From Anaerolineales bacterium (lineage in GTDB: Bacteria > Chloroflexota > Anaerolineae > Anaerolineales > UBA4823): 64,000 nt of DNA. The DNA is taken from positions 20,429-84,428 of the forward strand of contig DAOTZA010000110.1 of assembly GCA_034434515.1 (NCBI GenBank), given 5' to 3'. Shown here in pieces: positions 9,925 to 19,296 of the stretch. The stretch's first letter is position 1; each line of letters begins with the position of its first letter. Below the pieces are notes generated by a model, which was given only the letters and a program-made list of their open reading frames with translations, was not told where the DNA came from and did not search any database. Both the position numbers and the translations under genes were made by a program.

Positions 9925-11202
9925 ATGAGTGAAGAAAAACCAGTAACCTCACCAGCTCTCGTCAAGATAGTTAAAGATCTTCGGGAGTTTTTGCCTGAGA
10001 TCACAGAGCAGTTAACCAAGTCTTCTGGCATTCGCCCATCCCTTGAGAAACAATTGCTCTCCCTTTTGAGCGCATTGGAGGAAACTGCTCTTTTGCAGGA
10101 ATATTCCACCCTCGACCAAGTCTTAATGAATTGGGTTGCCCAATATACTGAAGCTGATATCCCTCAGGTGATTTTAGACCTGAGTGACTTCCTTCATTCT
10201 ATCCAGACAGCCTGTCAACAGGTCATCCAGAATCATCCAGAGACATTTGACTTTGCAGAGCGAAATTTTTCTTTTGAAATTTCCGAACTGTTTTTCCACA
10301 CTCAGAAGCGGTTAATACGAATCGGGTTCGAGAAATATGTCGATCAGCAATCAAGAACTGCTACTGAGATTCAAGCCATGCTAGAGAAATTAGACCAGAG
10401 TAAATCGAACTTTATTTCCATCGCTGCCCATGAGTTGAAGACCCCGTTGACGATCATTGAAGGGTATTCGATGATGCTGGGAGAGCTGCTCTTTGGCAAC
10501 GAAGGTTTTAAAACCTACTCACCTTACCTAGATGGAATTAAAAAGGGAACAGAAAGGTTAAAGCAAATCATCCAAGATATGATCGATGTCTCATTGATTG
10601 ATTCGCGGATGCTTCTATTGACCTTTCAACCTTGTCTGATCAATCGGTTAATCGAAACGGTTGTTGAAGATATGAAAAAGAGAGCGATGGATCGTGATTT
10701 GTTGATTCAATTTCGTCCGATAAAAGGTATGAACGAGCTAATCTATCTGGATGAAATTCGTCTCTCTCAAGCCCTGCGAAATATTATCGAAAACGCCATC
10801 AAATTTACTCCAGATGGGGGAAAGATAGAAGTGTATGGAAGAAAGCTCAGCGGATTTATCGAAATCATGGTGGAAGATACTGGCATCGGTGTAGACCCAG
10901 ATGATCAGCCACTGATTTTCGAGAAATTCTCGCAATTAGGACAGGTATCTTTGCATTCATCAGGTAGATCAAAGTTCAAGGGTGGGGGTGCTGGTTTGGG
11001 CTTGCCCATTGCTAAGGGAATTCTCGAAGCTCATGGTGGCACAATTTGGATGGAATCAGAAGGTTACGATGAAATCCGCTGTCCGGGATCGATATTTCAC
11101 CTGATGGTGCCAATTTATACCCAACCTCCTCAACCTTCAGCACAAATCTTCTCTGAGCTGCGGCACCAAAATCGTAATCGTCATCGAGCGAAAAATGGTT
11201 AG
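9925..11202 (+). CDS. cytoplasmic sensor histidine kinase (no adjacent response regulator)
   Basis: H-box SIAAHELKTPLT, N-box NIIENAIKFTP, and G-boxes EDTGIGV and GGAGLGLPIAKGI. No obvious TM segment. Confidence 0.85.
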   Translation: MSEEKPVTSPALVKIVKDLREFLPEITEQLTKSSGIRPSLEKQLLSLLSALEETALLQEYSTLDQVLMNWVAQYTEADIPQVILDLSDFLHSIQTACQQVIQNHPETFDFAERNFSFEISELFFHTQKRLIRIGFEKYVDQQSRTATEIQAMLEKLDQSKSNFISIAAHELKTPLTIIEGYSMMLGELLFGNEGFKTYSPYLDGIKKGTERLKQIIQDMIDVSLIDSRMLLLTFQPCLINRLIETVVEDMKKRAMDRDLLIQFRPIKGMNELIYLDEIRLSQALRNIIENAIKFTPDGGKIEVYGRKLSGFIEIMVEDTGIGVDPDDQPLIFEKFSQLGQVSLHSSGRSKFKGGGAGLGLPIAKGILEAHGGTIWMESEGYDEIRCPGSIFHLMVPIYTQPPQPSAQIFSELRHQNRNRHRAKNG

Positions 11203-12538
11203 GAAAATTGTTCCCGTTGTCGATTCGTATCAGGAAAGAGGCGTTGCCGTAGGGGTGGAAATCGGCAAGCCCAAATCAGACTTTACGCTTGAAGACTCAT
11301 TGAATGAATTATGTCTCTTAGCCCAGACAGCCGGCATTGAGGTCATCGCCACTCTTACCCAGAGACTAGAGAAGCCCAATCCCCAGACTTATATTGGTGC
11401 AGGCAAGCTCGAAGAGCTAAAAGCAGTCGTCAATGAGTTAGGCGCTAATATTATACTGTTTGATGATGAACTCTCCCCTCGCCATCTCCGAGAGCTTGAG
11501 AAACATTTTGACGAAAACATGCGCATCATCGACCGCACAGCATTGATCCTGGACATCTTTGCTCAACATGCAGCCACCCGTGAAGGTGCTCTGCAAGTCG
11601 AACTGGCTCAGTATGAATACCGTTTACCTCGCTTAACCAGGGCGTGGACACACCTTGCCAGGCAGGCTGGAGGTGGCGGCGGCAGAGCAGGAAGCGTTGG
11701 GGGAGTAGGTCTGCGCGGTCCGGGCGAAACACAACTGGAAGTGGACAGACGTGATATTCGCCGTCGTATCGCACATCTTAAGGAGGAGTTAGAAAAGGTT
11801 AAATCGCATCGCCGTCAATACCGCCGCCGGCGAAAAAAGAGCGGAATTCCAGTAGTTGCACTCATCGGATATACCAATGCTGGTAAATCCACCTTGCTGA
11901 ATGCACTTTCAAACGCCAATGTTTATGTAGCCGACCAGTTATTTGCGACCTTAGATCCGACAACAAGGCGTGTTCTCTTGTCCGACCATCATGAAATTCT
12001 GCTAACCGATACGGTCGGCTTTATTCAGAAACTTCCTACCCATTTGATTGCCGCCTTTCGGGCTACCTTAGAGGAGATTGCCGAGGCTGATGTTTTGCTG
12101 CACGTGCTCGACATCTCCCAACCAACAGCTCAACAACAAGCCCAAGCCGTTTTTCAAACCTTAAAAGAAATCGAGGCTGATCATTTGCCGATTTTTACTG
12201 TCTTAAATAAAATTGATTTGCTTAAAGATTCCCAACAAACCGTAAATATCCTTGAGCAATATCCAAATTCGGTAGCCATTTCAGCTCTGAAGGGTTTAGG
12301 TATCGATGACTTAATGCGAAAATTAGAAGACTTTCTTTTTACTCGCCAGCACCCTCTCACGATAGAATTACCCCAAAGGGAAACTTACCTTTTTCAATTG
12401 TTTTCAAGAGAAGGGGTCGTTGATAAAATTGAATATTCCGGGAATCAGATCATTCTTCAAGGGAAAATCCCTGGCCGGCATTTGGCGAAATTCACCCCTT
12501 ATCTATATAAAACTCCTCTGCGAGAATTGATCCAATGA
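11195..12538 (+). CDS. hflX: GTPase HflX
   Basis: HflX N-domain (LQVELAQYEYRLPRL), a Gly-rich linker, and G-domain motifs GYTNAGKSTLLNAL, DTVGF and NKID. Confidence 0.93.
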   Translation: MVRKIVPVVDSYQERGVAVGVEIGKPKSDFTLEDSLNELCLLAQTAGIEVIATLTQRLEKPNPQTYIGAGKLEELKAVVNELGANIILFDDELSPRHLRELEKHFDENMRIIDRTALILDIFAQHAATREGALQVELAQYEYRLPRLTRAWTHLARQAGGGGGRAGSVGGVGLRGPGETQLEVDRRDIRRRIAHLKEELEKVKSHRRQYRRRRKKSGIPVVALIGYTNAGKSTLLNALSNANVYVADQLFATLDPTTRRVLLSDHHEILLTDTVGFIQKLPTHLIAAFRATLEEIAEADVLLHVLDISQPTAQQQAQAVFQTLKEIEADHLPIFTVLNKIDLLKDSQQTVNILEQYPNSVAISALKGLGIDDLMRKLEDFLFTRQHPLTIELPQRETYLFQLFSREGVVDKIEYSGNQIILQGKIPGRHLAKFTPYLYKTPLRELIQ

Positions 12539-12750
12539 AAGAATCTCTGAATCGTGCTCTCGATCGACTAGCAAATTTTTTCGCCCACCGCAAAGGATTG
12601 CTTCCTCTGGTAGGGCTGGTTTTGATCTTTATCAACGGTTTGCTTCAGTTTCTTCCTATCGACAACTTATCATTAATCGAAAAAAACATCTTCCTTCATA
12701 TTGGCTTAATTCTTGCTATTCTCGGATTCCTCTTGGCGTGGTCTCTATAA
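12535..12750 (+). CDS. small two-TM membrane protein, function unknown
   Basis: 71-aa ORF joined to the hflX stop by an ATGA overlap, with two hydrophobic helices. No homology recognised. Confidence 0.45.
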   Translation: MKESLNRALDRLANFFAHRKGLLPLVGLVLIFINGLLQFLPIDNLSLIEKNIFLHIGLILAILGFLLAWSL

Positions 12751-14400
12751 GTCTAGTTTAGGCCCTCCCGCTCGAATTTCAGCGGGAAAACGATCTTCAA
12801 ACTTCTTGAAATTGTCAACGAATCTCGAAGCAAGACTTTTATAACGCTTATAATACGCTTCCTCACTGACCCAGGCGGTTGAAGGGGTTAAGATTGTTTC
12901 TGGCACACCAGGACAATTTTGGGGGACTTCAAAACCAAACACTTCATCTTGTTTGGATTCAACACCCATCAATTCATCATTCAAGGCCGCATTCAATATA
13001 CGCCGAGTATATTCAATACTGATCCGCTTCCCAACTCCATACGGGCCTCCAACCCAGCCGGTATTGAGTAGCCAACAATTCACTCCATACCGCATAATTT
13101 TTTGACCCAACAGATTGGCATAGGTGACTGGGTGATAAACCATAAATGGCCCACCAAAGCATGGGCTAAAAGTGATCTCTGGCTCCTCGCGGAGTCCGAT
13201 TTCAGTTCCAGCTACTTTGGCGGTATATCCGGATATGAAGTGATACAAAGCCTGTTCAGGGGTGAGACGGGCAATCGGAGGCATGACCCCGGAGGCATCG
13301 CAGGTCAGAAAAACGATATTTTTTGGGTGGGGTCCCCGTTTTTCAGTTAATGCATTCTCGATATACTCCAGCGGATAGGAAGCACGCGTGTTTTCGGTTA
13401 TCGAATCATCGTCCAAATCGATGTGCCGAAAGACCGGGTCATAAACCACATTTTCAAGAATGGTTCCAAACCGTTTGGTACAGGCGTAAATTTGCGGTTC
13501 TGCGGTCGGAGAAAGTCCAATCACTTTAGCGTAACAGCCCCCCTCAAAATTGAAAATTCCATCATCTGACCATCCATGTTCATCATCACCGATCAGATAA
13601 CGGTTAGGGTCAGCCGAAAGGGTCGTTTTACCCGTGCCTGATAAACCAAAAAACAGAGCAACATCCCCCTGTTTACCCATGTTTGCCGCGCAGTGCATGG
13701 GCAGGATACCCGCTTGAGGTAACAAGTAATTCATAATCGTGAAGGCAGATTTCTTGATTTCCCCCGCATAACCAGAGTTACCGATGATACAAAGTTTTTG
13801 CTCAAAATTTATTGCGATAATGGTATTCCTGGCTGTCGAATCAATTGAAGGAAAAGATTTAAAGGACGGCACGGCAATCAGAGTAAATTCAGGGACATGT
13901 TGGCGATAAGTTTCTCGGTCTGCAGGGGTTAGAAACATGTTGCGAGAAAAGAGACTGTGCCAGGCTTTTTCGGTAATGACCCGTATGGGCAAGCGACAAG
14001 CAGGGTCTGACCCGACATAGCAATCTTGAACAAAGACATCTTTTCCTTGCAGATATCCCTGAACTCGGATAAATAAATCGTGAAACTGCTGAGGATCATA
14101 CGGACGGTTATACTGTCCCCACCAAACCGATTCTTCGGTTTCGCTATCCTTAACAATAACTTTGTCGTCAGCAGCCCGGGCTGTATGTTGGCCGGTACTG
14201 ACGACTAGCGCTCCTCCAAGTGTTATTTGCCCTTCGGCGCGAAAGAGGCTCTCTTCATAGAGCGCTTCAATAGGCAAATTCCAGTAAACCTTGCGCAGGT
14301 TTCCCAAGCCTTGAAAGGTCAGGTCGTACTCTGCTTTAAGTTCACCAGCTATAGGCTCCGCAGGCGTGCGAATGTTTAATAAGTTATTATTCATAGCCAA
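12745..14400 (-). CDS. pckA: phosphoenolpyruvate carboxykinase (ATP)
   Basis: 551 aa with kinase-1a GLSGTGKTTLS and DDEHGW, typical of ATP-dependent PEPCK. Confidence 0.95.
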   Translation of the reverse strand: MAMNNNLLNIRTPAEPIAGELKAEYDLTFQGLGNLRKVYWNLPIEALYEESLFRAEGQITLGGALVVSTGQHTARAADDKVIVKDSETEESVWWGQYNRPYDPQQFHDLFIRVQGYLQGKDVFVQDCYVGSDPACRLPIRVITEKAWHSLFSRNMFLTPADRETYRQHVPEFTLIAVPSFKSFPSIDSTARNTIIAINFEQKLCIIGNSGYAGEIKKSAFTIMNYLLPQAGILPMHCAANMGKQGDVALFFGLSGTGKTTLSADPNRYLIGDDEHGWSDDGIFNFEGGCYAKVIGLSPTAEPQIYACTKRFGTILENVVYDPVFRHIDLDDDSITENTRASYPLEYIENALTEKRGPHPKNIVFLTCDASGVMPPIARLTPEQALYHFISGYTAKVAGTEIGLREEPEITFSPCFGGPFMVYHPVTYANLLGQKIMRYGVNCWLLNTGWVGGPYGVGKRISIEYTRRILNAALNDELMGVESKQDEVFGFEVPQNCPGVPETILTPSTAWVSEEAYYKRYKSLASRFVDNFKKFEDRFPAEIRAGGPKLDL

Positions 14401-15608
14401 TCCCTCAACATGCGCCGATCGCCAATATAAATTTCAGATGGAGCGTTCGGGTCAAGCGCCCATCGAATGCGCTCAATTCCTGTCATGATGTCTTTGACAC
14501 TGCCGGCAAAACTCAGCCGTAAATGACCCTCCATACCAAACTCTTTTCCCGGCACAGTGACAACAAATGCTTTGCGCAACAAAAAGTTTGCCAATTCCAC
14601 CGAGTTATTTGAATAGGCGCGAAAATCCGGTAAACAGTAGAATGTTCCATCCGGTGGCATGACTCGAATGCCATTTACGGTTTTCAGCTCCTGCAGGATG
14701 ATATTGCGATTATTTTCAATCGTCAGCCTAAGGCTTTCTACAACCGATTGCATACCGTTTAATGCGCCTTCTGCAGCGGCTTGAAGGACAACCGAAGGGC
14801 AGGATTCGGTTTGAGCCTGAATGTTATGCAGAACCGAAACCAATCTGCGATTGGTTACCACCCACCCAATTCGGAAGCCGGTCATCCCATAAAGCTTTGA
14901 TACTCCATTCACCACAATAATTTTGGTATTTTCGATATCCTTTGTAGTGAATTGATAGGGTGAAGGACATTTTTTATGATCAAAGACCAGCTTGTGATAG
15001 ATGTCATCCATGACCAGATAAATGCCCTTGCGTTCGCAGTAATCCACGATCTGAGCGATGAAATCTTCGCGATAAAGCACTCCTGAAGGGTTATTTGGGC
15101 TATTGACGATAATGGCTTTTGTGTATGGAGTGACCGCTTTTTCAATGTCTTCAAAACGAGGATGAAACGTGCCATCTTCGGGTGTAACGATGACGGGAAT
15201 CCCATTAACCATCTTGATAATTTCCGGATAACTAACCCAATAGGGAGCCAGCAGAATGACTTCATCCTGGGGATCGATCAAAGAATAAAATAAGTTGTAC
15301 AAAGAAAATTTCGCACCAGAAGAGACAGCGATATTCTCTGGTGCAACATAACGTCCATAATTTTCTTCGGTATAGCGAATGATGGCCTTTTTCAAAGATG
15401 GGGTTCCATCAGGGGGGGAATATTTGATGTCCCCAGAGCTAATCTTGGCTGCAGCCGATAAGATAGCTGTGATCGGAGCTTTGTTTTTTGGTTCGCCAAT
15501 TCCTAAATGAATCACCGACTCGCCCCGTTCACGCAAAAAGCGGGCTTCTTCATTCAACTTTAGAGTTGGGGATTCGGCGATCGCCCTCGCCAAATGACTA
15601 ATGGTCAT
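14391..15608 (-). CDS. AspC-type class I pyridoxal-phosphate aminotransferase
   Basis: NSPNNPSG and the lysine motif VSKLYGMTGFRIGW. 405 aa. 10-nt overlap with pckA. Confidence 0.88.
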   Translation of the reverse strand: MTISHLARAIAESPTLKLNEEARFLRERGESVIHLGIGEPKNKAPITAILSAAAKISSGDIKYSPPDGTPSLKKAIIRYTEENYGRYVAPENIAVSSGAKFSLYNLFYSLIDPQDEVILLAPYWVSYPEIIKMVNGIPVIVTPEDGTFHPRFEDIEKAVTPYTKAIIVNSPNNPSGVLYREDFIAQIVDYCERKGIYLVMDDIYHKLVFDHKKCPSPYQFTTKDIENTKIIVVNGVSKLYGMTGFRIGWVVTNRRLVSVLHNIQAQTESCPSVVLQAAAEGALNGMQSVVESLRLTIENNRNIILQELKTVNGIRVMPPDGTFYCLPDFRAYSNNSVELANFLLRKAFVVTVPGKEFGMEGHLRLSFAGSVKDIMTGIERIRWALDPNAPSEIYIGDRRMLRDWL

Positions 15609-15669
15609 TCTTTTTAGCCCTCCATCTTCCTACTCGAATATCCAATTATCTTTCTGAATAAAAACCTGA

Positions 15670-16791
15670 CTAACGGACTAAAGCTAATAGAACTCCACCT
15701 GCGATCACACTGGCAATTTGACCCGCTGTATTAGTCGCCATGGCTTGCATAATAATAAAATTATCCGGGTTTTCCTCATTGGCCGTGCGCGCCGCCAGCC
15801 TGCCTGCCATTGGAAAGGCGCTAATCCCGGCTGCTCCAATCAGGGGGTTTATCTTTCCTTTCGTTGCCCAATAGGCAAGTTTTCCGAATAACAGTCCAAC
15901 AAAAGTATCTAACCCAAATGCAAGCAAACCTAAAATCAAAACAATCAAGGTATCCAATCGAACGAAACTTTCAGCTTTCATGGTAGAGCCAATCGCTAAA
16001 CCCAGGAAAAGCGTAGAAACGTTAATGATCTCATTTTGCACCGATTGGCTCAATCTATCTACGACACCACTCTCTCGTAGCAGGTTGCCTAACATGAGCA
16101 TGCTGATCAAAGGAGCAGCCTCTGGAACGAGGATCGACACCAGTATTGTAACGCCAATCGGGAAAATAACCCGCATGGTTTTGGAGACAGGTTTGTCGAT
16201 ATAAGCCATCGTTGCCGCCCGCTCTTTCCGATTGGTTACAAGTCGCATGATGGGGGGTTGAATAATCGGAATAAGGCTCATATAAGAATACGCAGCAACT
16301 GCAATTGGAGCCAGAAGCTCCGGAGCTAATTTTGTGGCAACGTAGATAGCTGTCGGCCCGTCAATCGCTCCAATAGCCCCAATGGAAGCTGCTTGGGGTA
16401 GGCGATACCCCAGTAGGGTCGCCAAGATTAATGTACCGAAAATCCCAAACTGACCGGCTGCACCAAAAACCAGGAGCGAGGGTCTGGACAATAATGGGCT
16501 AAAATCAATCATTGCCCCGACCCCAACAAAGATCAATAAGGGAAATAATTCGGTTACAATTCCGGTTTGATAAAGCAAGGTAAGAAAACCATGCTCTCCC
16601 GTTAATGCCGAGAAGGGAAGGTTTGTCAAAATACAACCGAAACCAATCGGCAAGAGCAAAACTGGTTCATATTCCTTAACAATAGCGAGGTAAATCAGGA
16701 CCAAGCCGGCAATGATCATCAAGATTTTTGCCGGGCTAAGATCTTGGAAACCCTTAAATAACTCTAAAACACCCAACCAGGACGGGTTCAT
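15670..16791 (-). CDS. sodium-ion-translocating decarboxylase, beta (membrane pump) subunit
   Basis: 373-aa polytopic membrane protein of the OadB/MmdB/GcdB type (GAIDGPTAIY, NLLRESGV). Confidence 0.9.
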   Translation of the reverse strand: MNPSWLGVLELFKGFQDLSPAKILMIIAGLVLIYLAIVKEYEPVLLLPIGFGCILTNLPFSALTGEHGFLTLLYQTGIVTELFPLLIFVGVGAMIDFSPLLSRPSLLVFGAAGQFGIFGTLILATLLGYRLPQAASIGAIGAIDGPTAIYVATKLAPELLAPIAVAAYSYMSLIPIIQPPIMRLVTNRKERAATMAYIDKPVSKTMRVIFPIGVTILVSILVPEAAPLISMLMLGNLLRESGVVDRLSQSVQNEIINVSTLFLGLAIGSTMKAESFVRLDTLIVLILGLLAFGLDTFVGLLFGKLAYWATKGKINPLIGAAGISAFPMAGRLAARTANEENPDNFIIMQAMATNTAGQIASVIAGGVLLALVR

Positions 16792-17231
16792 TCTGTTTTG
16801 GAACCCCCTTCAAATTCAATCAGGACTTCGTTGTGTCGAACGTGTTTGCCGACCTGGATTGGAATAAACTTGATCACGCCGCTGCGTGGAGAACGAATGG
16901 TGTTTTTCATTTTCATGGCCTCAATAACACAGAGAGGGTCACCTTCTTGAACCTCTTGTCCGACATTCACTTCGATGCTGGTCACTACACCAGGAATAGG
17001 GGATTTCACTGTATTAAGGGCATTTGTCCCAACAGTTTTGGACACAGTCACAGCAGGTTGCGTTGAAACCGTGCTTGCATTCGTACCTCGTTTCGGAAGT
17101 TTTTCGATTTTTTCTTCAACCGGGTAGACCTCATAGGTATAACCATCGACGGTAGCTATAATAGGGCGTTGATCAATGTTTTCAATTTCAACTTCAAATA
17201 GTTTGTCATGAATTTTTACTTTGTACTTCAT
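16788..17231 (-). CDS. biotin carboxyl-carrier subunit of the decarboxylase
   Basis: C-terminal biotinyl domain with the EAMKM biotinylation motif. 4-nt overlaps on both sides. Confidence 0.85.
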   Translation of the reverse strand: MKYKVKIHDKLFEVEIENIDQRPIIATVDGYTYEVYPVEEKIEKLPKRGTNASTVSTQPAVTVSKTVGTNALNTVKSPIPGVVTSIEVNVGQEVQEGDPLCVIEAMKMKNTIRSPRSGVIKFIPIQVGKHVRHNEVLIEFEGGSKTE

Positions 17232-17560
17232 CTGATCACCCCTCTTTTACTCAAAATCTGACTACGCAAAACAGCCTGCCAGGCGGATACAATCGCCGTA
17301 GGCGGTAATGGAAATCGGCCGGGGCCGGCTGAAATTCTTTGATGGATCGCCGTGCTGACCGCAATAGCGACAGCATGTTGTCTCATTAACTCCTGGTTTT
17401 CCTCTTGATCAGAATTTTCCTCTAATTTGGGAGCTTTCTCTTGCGCCTTCGCTAAAACAAATACAAACAGGGAAAGTAAGGTCCATAACAAGACCATGGC
17501 AACACAGATCAAGAACATACCAAGGACAGTGATTTGGAGAGCAAGAATAAGATCATTCAT
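17228..17560 (-). CDS. small membrane anchor subunit (OadG/MmdD-like) of the decarboxylase
   Basis: 110 aa with a single N-terminal TM helix. Its position between the carboxyltransferase and the biotin carrier matches known operons. Sequence alone is weakly diagnostic. Confidence 0.6.
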   Translation of the reverse strand: MNDLILALQITVLGMFLICVAMVLLWTLLSLFVFVLAKAQEKAPKLEENSDQEENQELMRQHAVAIAVSTAIHQRISAGPGRFPLPPTAIVSAWQAVLRSQILSKRGVIR

Positions 17561-17576
17561 TTGTCACCTCGGTGGA

Positions 17577-19163
17577 TCACATCGGTATGTTGCCATGTTT
17601 TCGCGGCGGCGCTGAAGAGAATTTATCGCGCAATGCAGCTAGGGAGGCAATAACCTTTGGACGCGTTTCGCGGGGTTCGATGACATCATCGACATAACCA
17701 GCCTTGGCGGCATAATAAGGATTGTTAAACTGAGCACGATATTGTTCAACCAATCTAGCTCGTTCTGCAACGGGATCTGCAGCTTTTTCAATTACTTTGC
17801 GGTACAGAATATTTACAGCCCCTTCTGCGCCCATGACCGCAATTTCAGCACTCGGCCAAGCATAGGTGACATCTGTACCAAGATATTTGCTGCTCATCAC
17901 GACATACGCACCACCATACGCCTTGCGGGTAATCACGGTAATCTTTGGAACCGTGGCTTCAGAATATGCGTAGAGGACCTTTGCCCCATGGCGTATGATG
18001 CCGCTATGCTCCTGTTCAATTCCTGGCAAAAACCCGGGTGAATCGACAAAAGTAATAATGGGCACGTTGAAGCAATCGCACATGCGGACGAATCGAGCAA
18101 TTTTATCAGAAGCATCGATGTCAATAATGCCAGCCATTTCGCTGGGTTCCTGAGCCACAATGCCAACGCTATGACCTCCCATGCGTGCAAATCCAATTAT
18201 TGCATTTCTAGCCCAGCCCGGTTGAATCTCGAGGAATTCACCATCATCTACCACGTGAGCAATGACGTCATGCATCCGATAGGGTTGAGTGGGATCCAAT
18301 GGGACAATAGCGTTTAGTTCCTCGTCCATCCGAAGTGGATCATCTTTCGGGGGAAGGTATGGAGGATTTTCGACGTTGTTCGAAGGGAGATAACCTAAGA
18401 CCTGCTTGGTTAACCAGAGCGCTTCTTCTTCGTCTGAAGCCACTAAATGACAGGTGCCGGTGATTGACATATGCACTTCAGCACCACCCAAGGTCTCTGG
18501 GTCAACGATTTCACCGGTAACCGCTTTGATCACCTCTGGCCCGGTAATAAACATGAAGGACTTTTTCTCCACCATAATAATCAAATCGGTCAGAGCAGGT
18601 GAGTAGGCGGCTCCGCCAGCACAAGGACCCAACATAACACTGATTTGTGGAATAACCCCCGAGTATTGAGCATTACGGCGGAAAATTTCTGCGTAACCTC
18701 CAAGGCTTCGTACACCTTCCTGGATGCGAGCCCCACCGGAGTCAATCAAACCAATAATCGGCACGCCATTTCGCATCGCTAGATCCATTACACGACAGAT
18801 CTTGTGACTCTGCATTGCCGATAGAGTCCCACCATATACGGTAAAATCTTGGGCGTAGACGTAAACGGTGCGGCCATCAATCTGGCCGTATCCGGTGACA
18901 ACGCCATCTCCCAGATATTGTTCCGATGCCATGCCCATTTCATCGGGTAAATTGGTAATAAAGGGTTCCAATTCGTTGAAGGTGCCCTTATCGAGCAAAA
19001 TATCCAATCGCTCGCGTGCAGTTAGCTTCCCTTTAGCGTGCTGAGTGACAATGCGCTCAGGTCCGCCGCCTAGGCGTGCTTTCTCGCGCAAGGCTCTGAG
19101 TTCTGCAATTCTAGGATCTTCACTTGTCATAGGTTCGACTCCATCCTTTTTCATCATACTCAA
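17577..19163 (-). CDS. acyl-CoA carboxyltransferase, alpha subunit (methylmalonyl-CoA decarboxylase / propionyl-CoA carboxylase beta family)
   Basis: 528 aa with two crotonase-like halves and DSGGARIQEG and FGGAYVVMSSK-type motifs. The true start may be an internal Met. Confidence 0.9.
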   Translation of the reverse strand: MSMMKKDGVEPMTSEDPRIAELRALREKARLGGGPERIVTQHAKGKLTARERLDILLDKGTFNELEPFITNLPDEMGMASEQYLGDGVVTGYGQIDGRTVYVYAQDFTVYGGTLSAMQSHKICRVMDLAMRNGVPIIGLIDSGGARIQEGVRSLGGYAEIFRRNAQYSGVIPQISVMLGPCAGGAAYSPALTDLIIMVEKKSFMFITGPEVIKAVTGEIVDPETLGGAEVHMSITGTCHLVASDEEEALWLTKQVLGYLPSNNVENPPYLPPKDDPLRMDEELNAIVPLDPTQPYRMHDVIAHVVDDGEFLEIQPGWARNAIIGFARMGGHSVGIVAQEPSEMAGIIDIDASDKIARFVRMCDCFNVPIITFVDSPGFLPGIEQEHSGIIRHGAKVLYAYSEATVPKITVITRKAYGGAYVVMSSKYLGTDVTYAWPSAEIAVMGAEGAVNILYRKVIEKAADPVAERARLVEQYRAQFNNPYYAAKAGYVDDVIEPRETRPKVIASLAALRDKFSSAPPRKHGNIPM

Positions 19164-19296
19164 GACTCACTTTGAGGTTTAGTGATAGATTTCACATAGA
19201 CGTCATCGAATTTAATGGTGCAATACTATCAAAAGGTATCTTCTTTTATGACATCCTTCACAATGCAAGAAGGCTTCACTCCTCAACATTCGGTTG

